Source: a virus
IMG/VR virus record: IMGVR_UViG_3300009345_000003
Coordinates: 32,001 to 96,000 of that record
Reading direction: 5' to 3' (one strand)
DNA: 64,000 nucleotides
Under the pieces are notes generated by a model, which worked only from the letters and a program-made list of their open reading frames with translations, was not told the origin of the DNA and did not search any database. Each line of letters opens with the position of its first letter. Position 1 is the stretch's first letter. The position numbers and the translations under genes were made by a program. Below, in pieces: positions 8,467-16,138 of this stretch.

Positions 8467-9158
8467 TAGCTTTTCAATCTTGCTAGCTCACGAGCCATTT
8501 CCTCATGAGACATTTCACGCATAAGTTTTGCAGCTTTTTCTTTGTACTCTTTGCTCTCTGTACAACTTTCATGGTCATCATCTGATTCCAGAGATATACC
8601 TGCCGCCCGTGCAGCATCTTCAAAAGATGAGCAAAAATGATATTTTGAAAAATCCACTTCTTGCACATCGTACTTACTACCTGGATTACCCCAAACACCA
8701 TATTTACGTGCATAATACTCTGTTTCCACAAACTTTTCGGCGTCTTCACGCTTACGAAAATAAAAAGGTGTACGTAACGTTACCCCTCTACCTTCAGTAC
8801 TGTCGCTATTGTATATAGCAACATAATACTTACCTGTTGGCGCTTCTGCGGTGGCTATATTATCTGCGGTATCCTTAGTAACTTCTGTAATGATGTCTAA
8901 AAGACTGCAATTAACAGAGCTGCCCTCAATAATACGATGATTATTATTATTTTGCATATTGAAATAGTCTACATTTACAAGCTTACCCCATATAGAACCT
9001 ACAGGTACTGTTGGATAACCATAAGTCAGAAGTACATCAGCAACCCACTGAGCTATATAATCCCTGGAAACCCTCCTGTTACCTAAAACACAGTGCAATT
9101 CAATCGCAGTATAAAAGCAAACATTTACTAATTCTTGTAATTTATCTTTATTATTCAT
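8466..9158 (-). CDS. Hypothetical protein (probably two fused domains)
   Basis: GGAGCTAAC-ATG start; N-part ...GYPTVPVGSIWGKL, C-part NSDSTEGRG motif. Confidence 0.7.
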   Translation of the reverse strand: MNNKDKLQELVNVCFYTAIELHCVLGNRRVSRDYIAQWVADVLLTYGYPTVPVGSIWGKLVNVDYFNMQNNNNHRIIEGSSVNCSLLDIITEVTKDTADNIATAEAPTGKYYVAIYNSDSTEGRGVTLRTPFYFRKREDAEKFVETEYYARKYGVWGNPGSKYDVQEVDFSKYHFCSSFEDAARAAGISLESDDDHESCTESKEYKEKAAKLMREMSHEEMARELARLKS

Positions 9159-9475
9159 GTTAGCTCCTTGAATACATTAGTATACTCAATATATGCGTCA
9201 GCCTCTTTCTGTACCATCTCTTTCAACCAACGCCTCCAGTCACCTTTGAAAGCATCTACTGGAACAAGTATAATACCGTCTTCATAATCGACATCATCAC
9301 GGTCTAAACGATTATCCCAGCCGATAGCAATTTCGCCTGATGGACATAACGTAAAGTTCACATACTGAACCTGCTGCACCATGAAGTATTCGGCGTATGC
9401 ATGCAGTATCTCGTGTGCACGGACAGCTAACTTCACTTTACATTGCACGTAAATATTAAACGTAACGTCGAGCAT
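9155..9475 (-). CDS. Hypothetical protein, paralog of the N-terminal domain of 4172-4783
   Basis: RAHEILHAYAE vs RCEEIVKAYAD; ILVPVDAFKGDWRRWLKE vs IVIPTDRFVSNWVEWLAQ. Confidence 0.65.
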   Translation of the reverse strand: MLDVTFNIYVQCKVKLAVRAHEILHAYAEYFMVQQVQYVNFTLCPSGEIAIGWDNRLDRDDVDYEDGIILVPVDAFKGDWRRWLKEMVQKEADAYIEYTNVFKELT

Positions 9476-9489
9476 GGCGGTAACTCCTT

Positions 9490-9732
9490 TTAGCGCGGGT
9501 CTTCTTCTTCAGCGTAAACTTTTTCCACAACTGCTCTAATAACTATATCGAGTGTACGTTTAGCAATTTCAACCTGCTCATACGCAGCCATCAATTCAGG
9601 GAAACGCTCATTAAGATCATCTATGAAATCAGACAAATTGCACAAACGTTCTATGTCACCTTTTTCGTGGAAGTACAGCAGTGATGATGCATCATCCGCT
9701 GTCATTTTACGTTTTTCATGCTTTTTATTCAT
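9490..9732 (-). CDS. Hypothetical protein
   Basis: AAGGAG RBS; overlaps upstream stop. Confidence 0.65.
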   Translation of the reverse strand: MNKKHEKRKMTADDASSLLYFHEKGDIERLCNLSDFIDDLNERFPELMAAYEQVEIAKRTLDIVIRAVVEKVYAEEEDPR

Positions 9733-10015
9733 GATCGCTCCTTAATGAATCAGATGCACAGGTATAACCGGCTTTAAAGGCTTCTTCACTTATAGGATAA
9801 ACTTCACCTACAAGGCCTACAATTAAGTAATTTCCAACTGTGCATATCATATCACCTTCAGACGTAGGCACAATTAAATCACCTGTATAACGATTAAAAA
9901 ATACTCCAGCGCATCCTTCTAAAGCACGTATAGTATTAAAAGTACTTTTTTTACCATCCCACTTAATCACATTTACTTCCAGCGGTTTTTTCGTAGCTTT
10001 AAACCATGCACACAT
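9725..10015 (-). CDS. Small conserved phage protein (KKP...WDG...T-x-EG...G-x-Y...GE-x-YP family, PGDYG-like)
   Basis: KKPLEVNVIKWDG, VPTSEGDM, VGNYLIVGLVGEVYPI...F...Y. Confidence 0.65.
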   Translation of the reverse strand: MCAWFKATKKPLEVNVIKWDGKKSTFNTIRALEGCAGVFFNRYTGDLIVPTSEGDMICTVGNYLIVGLVGEVYPISEEAFKAGYTCASDSLRSDHE

Positions 10016-10045
10016 GATCTCTCCTTTAAATAAAAAAGTACTTTA

Positions 10046-10774
10046 TCATGACTTTATCGTTGGGTACTTCCCACAAGAAAACTTCTCAGATTCAGGACAA
10101 ACACCAGTAGCTTCACAAGGTGCTCCAGCACACCTGAACACTTCTGGAAGTTCTTGCTTACATAACATAAGCATTTGCTCAGCCACAGCACGTATTTCCC
10201 ATTGGGCACGCCTGCAACACCGCAATTTAAAAAAGTTCAACAATGCACGACAATTCATAGTAACTACAATCATCGTTTCACATGCATTAGGCAGCACAAA
10301 ACGAGCATCTTCGTTTGCTGTTTTTTCATACCCATTAGCCACCAACTCTGCTTGTAGGTATTCATACGCTTCTGATACGGTAGCCATGAACTGCTTAAAG
10401 TATTCCGCAGCATTGGGAATCTTTTTAATATTAAGAGGCATAATATAATCAATGTCCTTAGAATCAGTATACCTCTGACTCTGCTGTGAATAGGAAGCAA
10501 TCCTATGACGCACAAGTTGATGTGATGCTGCTCGTGAAATGCCTGCTACAGAAAATGTAAAGCTAACGTGCTCAACGGTGCTATCGTGACCCGTTGCAAC
10601 AACTTTCTTTACCAATTTACCTTGTTCTTCCCTGCTAATAGTCCCAGCCCTTAACTTAGGCCAAATTTCAGCAACGTATTCTTTAGAATAGCATTGCTTG
10701 CATGCTGAATAAATCACAGCCAAAGGATTCTGTGTGTGCGCAATAAGATTAACTTTTGATTCTACTCTAGCCAT
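10046..10774 (-). CDS. thyX: FAD-dependent thymidylate synthase
   Basis: GHDSTVEH, SRAASHQLVRHRIASYSQQSQRY (RHR-x7-S-x-R motif), EDARFVLP, AQWEIR. Confidence 0.97.
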   Translation of the reverse strand: MARVESKVNLIAHTQNPLAVIYSACKQCYSKEYVAEIWPKLRAGTISREEQGKLVKKVVATGHDSTVEHVSFTFSVAGISRAASHQLVRHRIASYSQQSQRYTDSKDIDYIMPLNIKKIPNAAEYFKQFMATVSEAYEYLQAELVANGYEKTANEDARFVLPNACETMIVVTMNCRALLNFFKLRCCRRAQWEIRAVAEQMLMLCKQELPEVFRCAGAPCEATGVCPESEKFSCGKYPTIKS

Positions 10775-11279
10775 TTCTTAAATTCCTTTGTGCTTTCGAC
10801 CAGTCCCAATTAGGCCGTACGTTCACGTCAATATATGCGTTTCCAGCAGCATCATATGATGATGCTACGTACTCAATGAAATGCTTCTGGCGCATGTCTG
10901 AAATCTCTATAATTGTATCTAACACAGATAGCACGTTTTTTTTATTTACCGCTGTACTATCAGCTTCCACATAGTATCTAACCTCTTTATTTAAAGCACG
11001 CAAAAGCGCACCATAAAGATCAATGATATCCTTAGCTTCAGCAACATCGTTTGCATATTGTGTATATGTTTTGTGATCTACGTGATTTACAGATACATAA
11101 CAAATATCTTCTGCCGAATCAGTAGCTATATGCATGCCGAAATAGTCTGTTATAAGAAAACGCAGTATACGTTCAAAATCATCTTGGTATACCAAGCATG
11201 AAGAAAGCAGCTCATCCAAGCAAAAATCTTTACTTGTAAGATCATAATAGCAAATTATACGCATGTTATCCAAATCCAT
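10767..11279 (-). CDS. Hypothetical protein
   Basis: AAGGAGCTAAC-ATG start; overlaps the thyX start. Confidence 0.7.
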   Translation of the reverse strand: MDLDNMRIICYYDLTSKDFCLDELLSSCLVYQDDFERILRFLITDYFGMHIATDSAEDICYVSVNHVDHKTYTQYANDVAEAKDIIDLYGALLRALNKEVRYYVEADSTAVNKKNVLSVLDTIIEISDMRQKHFIEYVASSYDAAGNAYIDVNVRPNWDWSKAQRNLRNG

Positions 11280-11353
11280 GTTAGCTCCTTATAGTGTTTA
11301 TACGTTTTTTAGTTATACTTACTAACTCTTTATTAATATCTGTGCCTATTATA

Positions 11354-11596
11354 TTAAACACCGGCACCACCATCAAAACATAATTCTGGCGAACCAACTT
11401 CTACGCCAACTTCACAATGCCACTCATAAAACCGCTCATTACCCACTACACCAGGATCAGGCATATTACGAGCTTCGTGGTAAGGTACAACAAAAACACC
11501 CACATCAGACCAAGCAAAAAGTACTAAATTAGCATTTGCACATTTCTTTAATGCTCTTTTTAAGCTTTTAGCCGCCTTTACTTGCTCATCATTCAC
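11354..11596 (-). CDS. Hypothetical protein
   Basis: 80 aa, coupled to the upstream gene. Confidence 0.65.
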   Translation of the reverse strand: MNDEQVKAAKSLKRALKKCANANLVLFAWSDVGVFVVPYHEARNMPDPGVVGNERFYEWHCEVGVEVGSPELCFDGGAGV

Positions 11597-11846
11597 GACC
11601 CAGCTCCCTTATTACCCGTTCAGCAGTGCCCCACAACTTATCTCGATTCTGCATATAAGTTGCGTTTTCACCAAACTCTTTTTTGTAAGCATTAAGATAA
11701 ACAAGTGAACGCAGCGTCTCTATGACACGTTCCATATCATCCGCTGCATCTGTAACGAGCGTACTGATTGCACTAGCTACCTCTTCAGGTGCTACTAAAT
11801 AAATAGTTTGAGATAAATTCCTAAGATCATTAATTGATTGTAACAC
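11589..11846 (-). CDS. Hypothetical protein
   Basis: GTG start after AAAGGAGCTAAC. Confidence 0.6.
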   Translation of the reverse strand: MLQSINDLRNLSQTIYLVAPEEVASAISTLVTDAADDMERVIETLRSLVYLNAYKKEFGENATYMQNRDKLWGTAERVIRELGRE

Positions 11847-12009
11847 TTTGTTAGCTCCTTTAAGTGTATATATGACTTCCTACACACCGACTTATATTGT
11901 TGTTACTTATACTGCATGAAGAGTGCGAACTCATAAGTCGCTGCCTCGGTCAGTCGAAGACAGTAAAGCTATTTATAGTCTAGCTCCTAAAGACTAAAAA
12001 AATATTATT

Positions 12010-12086
12010 TGGTATCCGTGGTGGGATTCGAACCCACACTGCGAAGATTTTAGGTCTTCTGCCTCTGCCTGTTGGGCTACACGGAC
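12010..12086 (-). tRNA. tRNA-Leu (UAA), atypical: short variable loop, C33, G1-U72, encoded CCA
   Basis: GTCCGTG-TA-GCCCAACAGGCAGAGGC-A-GAAGA-CCTAAAA-TCTTC-GCAGT-GTGGG-TTCGAAT-CCCAC-CACGGAT-A-CCA; full cloverleaf, 77 nt, discriminator A. Confidence 0.88.
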
Positions 12087-12149
12087 ATTTACTAATTAGG
12101 GTAACACTAAATTACAATTTGATATTAAACGTATACATTTTTTACTTAT

Positions 12150-12467
12150 TTAAAAAATGTATATATCTCGCACAATTATTAAATCCAGTGCTATATAAAA
12201 AACACCGTATGTGGCAAGCTTATCCAAAAAAGCAGCTACGTTTTGTTTAACTTCTACAAACGTCTTACCGGGAACCAACCCGTAATAACTAACATCTGTA
12301 TCAACACCACCTTTAGCAGCGCTAATACCTAGCACATTTAAACAATATACAGGATCATCCGCCCAAAGCTCTTCTGAAAATTTATCATCATTTTTAGCAA
12401 AATTTTTTAAATCATATGATGTAAACTTTATACCAACACCACCTATAGCTACATACTCGATACTCAT
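12150..12467 (-). CDS. Hypothetical protein
   Basis: GGAG RBS; N-terminus MSIEYVAIGGVGIKFT is paralogous to the pseudogene starting at 15680. Confidence 0.7.
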   Translation of the reverse strand: MSIEYVAIGGVGIKFTSYDLKNFAKNDDKFSEELWADDPVYCLNVLGISAAKGGVDTDVSYYGLVPGKTFVEVKQNVAAFLDKLATYGVFYIALDLIIVRDIYIF

Positions 12468-12490
12468 ATAACAACTCCATTCATATTAAC

Positions 12491-12592
12491 TGCTGGTGCC
12501 GAGATTTGAACCCGGTGTGGTAGTGTCCTTATATTGGCTCATTGTTACTACCGTGGGAGGCACCCAGCGTGTTCCCACCACGCCGCACCAGC
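12491..12592 (-). ncRNA. tRNA-like RNA with no canonical anticodon arm (102 nt)
   Basis: Acceptor GCTGGTG/CACCAGC + A; D arm GCGT-GGTGGGAAC-ACGC; T arm CCGGG-TTCAAAT-CTCGG; middle region is TGGG-tgcct-CCCA plus a GGTAGT/ACTACC stem with a 22-nt loop. Confidence 0.7.
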
Positions 12593-12610
12593 ATAAAAGA
12601 ATTTATATAA

Positions 12611-12874
12611 CTACGTAGCGGATTCCCATTTGTCAGCCTCAGCCATCGCCTCTTCCTGTGAAGCAAACTGCTCAAATGCGTAACATCCATCAGAGTCTCG
12701 ATAAACAGACCAACGCTCAGTACCATTAAAAAATTCAGGCCAAATTAAATAATTTCCGCGTTGCCCTACAGCTTCTAGTCTCAAATAGTCTAAACCAAAA
12801 AAATTATAGCCCTTACTAAATACCACAGTAGAGTCAAATTCCACATTATTTGTATCGTTCCATGCAAGTTTCAC
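12611..12874 (-). CDS. Hypothetical protein
   Basis: GTG start after GGAGAGG. Confidence 0.6.
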   Translation of the reverse strand: MKLAWNDTNNVEFDSTVVFSKGYNFFGLDYLRLEAVGQRGNYLIWPEFFNGTERWSVYRDSDGCYAFEQFASQEEAMAEADKWESAT

Positions 12875-12888
12875 AATACACCTCTCCT

Positions 12889-13101
12889 CTACCTGTCATC
12901 ACCTAGCGTACTTCTAATATTGGCCATTTCTCTCTTGCTGTCCCAAGGCTCATTTTGATTTTCCAACCAAGCACAAAATGCTTTCCCGTACGCACATCTG
13001 ATCTCTCTTTCCTCCTTATCAATTCTACGTTCCCAAGCAATGTCAGCCCAAACAACCCACACAGAAATGACGATCGCTATAATTGCAATTGCGGCACCCA
13101 T
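12889..13101 (-). CDS. Small single-pass membrane protein
   Basis: N-terminal hydrophobic helix; AAGGAG RBS. Confidence 0.65.
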   Translation of the reverse strand: MGAAIAIIAIVISVWVVWADIAWERRIDKEEREIRCAYGKAFCAWLENQNEPWDSKREMANIRSTLGDDR

Positions 13102-13111
13102 ACTTAACTCC

Positions 13112-13633
13112 TTATTTTAATTCTTTTTCCAACAATCGTTTTACTTTTGAAATTTCTTCTTCAGAGTGCACAGTACCACCTGTATTCATCTCCAAATACC
13201 ATTGTAAAATTTCAGCCCGATTTTCCAAATCGTTGACGTGGAATGTCAGGCGGCAAATTACCCTAGGCCGATCTTCAAAATCACGAAAGTAATAACCACC
13301 CAAAATAGGAAACTTGTTATCCAGGAAGTCCAGGCAAGCCGTGATCCGCTGTTTACCATCCACAATAACCATCGGTTCAGTACTGGCTGCATTACGTCCA
13401 TATGAAGGGCAGTTGAAATATATATCACGACCTGACGTACCACCTCGGAGGATATGGACCACAAACGCCTGCTGCTGGTCCACAGTCCATACATGCCCTC
13501 GCTGAAAATCCGGGTTCATATCTAAAGCTGAGTTTTCTTTGAAGTCCCTTATTGTTTCAGGGACACTTCTTAGCTGAACGTCGATACGATAGGCCCCGCA
13601 TATAGTGTATGCGGGGATGTCAATAAATTTCAT
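13112..13633 (-). CDS. Stand-alone DUF262 (GmrS/SspE N-terminal, ParB/Srx-like) domain protein
   Basis: LDMNPDFQRGHVW, VIVDGKQRITA, LEMNTGGT match the QR / DGQQR / F-x3-N motifs. Confidence 0.85.
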   Translation of the reverse strand: MKFIDIPAYTICGAYRIDVQLRSVPETIRDFKENSALDMNPDFQRGHVWTVDQQQAFVVHILRGGTSGRDIYFNCPSYGRNAASTEPMVIVDGKQRITACLDFLDNKFPILGGYYFRDFEDRPRVICRLTFHVNDLENRAEILQWYLEMNTGGTVHSEEEISKVKRLLEKELK

Positions 13634-14034
13634 TTCGTATCCTCATCAGCGTTTACAAACTCACTATATTGTTCGGTGCAAGGTACATTGCAGTTGACCC
13701 TAACCTTATCTATAAGCAACTGCATCTCTAGTAAGGGTAAATCAGATATAGGAGCTAAGTGTAATAAACCTAACAATTCTTTGCGCAATTTAACTTTGTG
13801 CAACTCACCAAGCGTTTCACTAGCTAGAGCTTTTATACAAATGTCCACATATTTTGGTTCAGGTATACCCTCCCCTGTAATACAATCATAAATCTCGTCT
13901 CCTACGTAATAGTAACCGCCATACACACCTGTAATAGTAGCTATACTGATAGGCTCTCTATTTTCAAGATCATACTCAATAACTGCATCACCAACATTTA
14001 AATCTTCGATAGCATCATACGTATAAGCACTCAT
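13630..14034 (-). CDS. Hypothetical protein (SH3-like beta-barrel family)
   Basis: DLNVGDAVI N-terminus resembles LKPGDQV of the two upstream paralogs. Confidence 0.6.
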   Translation of the reverse strand: MSAYTYDAIEDLNVGDAVIEYDLENREPISIATITGVYGGYYYVGDEIYDCITGEGIPEPKYVDICIKALASETLGELHKVKLRKELLGLLHLAPISDLPLLEMQLLIDKVRVNCNVPCTEQYSEFVNADEDTK

Positions 14035-14085
14035 AGCTAAACCCCCTTATCTAGACTTCGTTAAATACTCGCAGCAATCTCTTTT

Positions 14086-14358
14086 TTATTTTACTGTAAC
14101 ATTTTTTTGAAACTGTGTAATGTTAACACCTGTATTAAGTGCATCACATATATCCTGCGCCTTCATAAATACCGCACTTCTGTTTTCGCGTGTGCCGTAA
14201 ACACGTATCTGAACTTTACCTCTTTTTAGCCGCTCCCCTTTAGATTTTTTTTCAACCTGAAAAATTCCGAGAGATAACGTCCTATATTCACCTGTTGCCA
14301 TGGAACCAGCATAGTCCCACGCTCCTACCTGCTTATTACCTGTATAGGGTTCTGCCAT
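14086..14358 (-). CDS. Hypothetical basic protein
   Basis: AAAGGAG RBS; TAATG coupling. Confidence 0.65.
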   Translation of the reverse strand: MAEPYTGNKQVGAWDYAGSMATGEYRTLSLGIFQVEKKSKGERLKRGKVQIRVYGTRENRSAVFMKAQDICDALNTGVNITQFQKNVTVK

Positions 14359-14795
14359 TACTTATCTCCTTTCACCCCAAACATTGCCAGGAGCCAACAT
14401 TTCTTGATCTCAGCTTCATCATTCTTGACAGGGCAGTTTTTGGGGTCAGATATGTCCCGCGCACAGGCGTAACCTTCGTTGACTGGACAACCACAGTCCC
14501 ACAGCAGCCTTGTTAAAACGAAATCTGTTACTTCACCTTCCAATCCCTCCGCCAGCTCCAAAGCTATTTTAGTAAGTCTTTCTTTTGTGGGCCGACACAG
14601 ATAAAAACCGTAAAAATAATTTCCAGGAACATAACCATTTTGTTTTCGGTATTTATCCCCGTTCTTAAGAACAACCAATGTTTTGGTTGTCCGTTCAACG
14701 GTTTTGATGCTGTCCCTGTATAAAGGATGCGACACTACCACCTGATCCCCAGGTTTGAGATTTGCCAACCAGTTTTCGCGGGTTTGGCTACTCAT
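14358..14795 (-). CDS. Hypothetical protein, paralog of 14788-15375 with a Cys-rich C-terminus
   Basis: Likely start MSSQTRENWLANLKPGDQVVVS at 14795 after GGAGG. Confidence 0.7.
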   Translation of the reverse strand: MSSQTRENWLANLKPGDQVVVSHPLYRDSIKTVERTTKTLVVLKNGDKYRKQNGYVPGNYFYGFYLCRPTKERLTKIALELAEGLEGEVTDFVLTRLLWDCGCPVNEGYACARDISDPKNCPVKNDEAEIKKCWLLAMFGVKGDK

Positions 14796-15375
14796 CCCCA
14801 CCTCCCCCCTCGGCAATGTGGAGGACTTCGTTGTCCCCAAAAATATCAAACCACTCCTTTCTGGGCCAGATTTCACGACAATCCTTACCTCCAATAGTGT
14901 CGCTTGGAGATGCTAAATTTGTATACACATAATCATCTCCCACGTACGACACCACATGAACGATGTGAGTGTTCGGTTCCATGAGAACATCACCCGGTCT
15001 AGGAGTAATAAGTGGATTACGAATAGAATTAGTTGCTTCCAACTCCTCAACCATAGCTTGTAACCGCTGTAGAGATATCTTGGCAAATGCCTCCCACCCC
15101 AGCTTGTCAAATCTGCGGTATAAAGCTCTTTTTTTCACATCAGTTATTCTCTTTGGCGTAGGGTACAACAGTTGTGTACAATGATAACTTACATCTCCAG
15201 GTGCAAACCCGTCACTTTTGCGAAACCGTTCTCCAGAACTCAACACTAGCAACGTTTTTGTCACCCTAGAAACAATGCCTATACTATCAGGAGTAAACGC
15301 TGAATTTGTTGATACAATTACTTGATCCCCTGGTTTAAGACTTGCTAACCATTCCTCATTAGTTTGGTCACTCAC
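14788..15375 (-). CDS. Hypothetical protein, paralog of 14358-14795
   Basis: MSDQTNEEWLASLKPGDQVIVS...VSRVTKTLLVLSSGERFRKSDG; AAGGAGG RBS. Confidence 0.7.
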   Translation of the reverse strand: MSDQTNEEWLASLKPGDQVIVSTNSAFTPDSIGIVSRVTKTLLVLSSGERFRKSDGFAPGDVSYHCTQLLYPTPKRITDVKKRALYRRFDKLGWEAFAKISLQRLQAMVEELEATNSIRNPLITPRPGDVLMEPNTHIVHVVSYVGDDYVYTNLASPSDTIGGKDCREIWPRKEWFDIFGDNEVLHIAEGGGGDE

Positions 15376-15460
15376 TTCAGCCTCCTTCTTTCATTAACAC
15401 TTATCTAAAAATGTGGAACCTCACACCACACTCGCCGGAACGTCTATAACCTCATATCAA

Positions 15461-15680
15461 TCATAACATTCGATCATTCAACGCAGGGCATAATAACATT
15501 TCTTTGATTACGGCTTCCAGCCGATGAAGCGTAACCTTGCTAATTGTCGTCCACCTACTTTATCGAGCCTATAGGGCAAGACCTTTCTATTAATTTTTCT
15601 TCACTTTCTGTGGAGACAGGCATATCCTGCTGTGTAAGCTCTATGCCTACACCACCTATACCCTGGTAATTAACACTCAT
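15461..15680 (-). pseudogene. Chimeric, doubly frameshifted gene remnant
   Basis: MSVNYQGIGGVGIELT (like 12150-12467), then in shifted frames INRKVLPYRLDKVG / WTTISKVTLHRLEAVIKEM, aligning to VKKRALYRRFDKLGWEAFAKISLQRLQAMVEEL of 14788-15375. Confidence 0.65.
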
Positions 15681-15703
15681 ATATTTAGTCCTCGCTTTAT
15701 TTT

Positions 15704-16033
15704 CGGTGACTACGCAACCTTTACAGGTATAAACTTTTGGTATCAGTTTACAGCTCTCAAGCAGTACAGAGTTATTTAGAAATCCTTAATAACTGGTAAG
15801 CACCACCAAACCAATTATCAGGTAAACAACCCATCAGTATTAACAAACTGTCAGTATAAGTCATCTCCCGGCCTTTTTAAGGAGTTCACTTACAAAGTCT
15901 TTCGAGCATACGTAGCCATATTAGGTGTATATGTCAGGCTTTCCACCTGACTGCCGGGTTTGCCCACACTTAGCAGTGGTCTTCTTCTTTAAGCGGATTT
16001 TGCCGCACCATTACTGGCTTATGGTTGCCACCG
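15704..16033 (-). ncRNA. Candidate ~330-nt multi-stem structured RNA
   Basis: Closing CGGTG-GCAACC/GGTTGC-gtagt-CACCG; inner CCCGGC/GCCGGG, GTCAGG-tggaaag-CCTGAC, GCGG/CCGC, TGATAATTGGT/ACCAGTTATTA, CAGTTTG/TAAACTG; no ORF in the track. Confidence 0.6.
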
Positions 16034-16040
16034 GACTATT

Positions 16041-16079
16041 GGTCGGTGGGCATGACTAAGAGGATATAGCCCACCGACC
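16041..16079. repeat. Perfect 11-bp inverted repeat hairpin
   Basis: GGTCGGTGGGC-N17-GCCCACCGACC. Confidence 0.85.
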
Positions 16080-16081
16080 TC

Positions 16082-16112
16082 AAAAAGCGCTCATATGCAT
16101 CATTGTGCGCTT
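16082..16112 (-). terminator. Possible intrinsic terminator after the Cys-rich gene
   Basis: Minus strand AAGCGC-N16-GCGCTT followed by TTT. Confidence 0.4.
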
Positions 16113-16138
16113 GGAATAACTCATTTATAAGCGAAGCG

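Noticed and set aside
11940-12009. tRNA-associated theta (HDV-like) or hammerhead ribozyme
   Set aside because: The sequence directly 3' of the CCA is AT-rich and unstructured; CTGACCGA does not match CUGANGA and there is no matching GAAA core.
12048-12054. Reading the tRNA as an amber suppressor (CUA in the loop) with TAG recoding
   Set aside because: The 5-bp stem GAAGA/TCTTC places CUA at 33-35, not 34-36. TAG ends genes cleanly (e.g. 2162 abutting the portal ATG, and 54408), and long genes are unbroken in the standard code.
15860-15970. c-di-GMP-I riboswitch (GGGCAAACC...GAAA)
   Set aside because: The GGGACGCAAAGC junction and P3 layout are absent, and the segment fits inside a larger fold.
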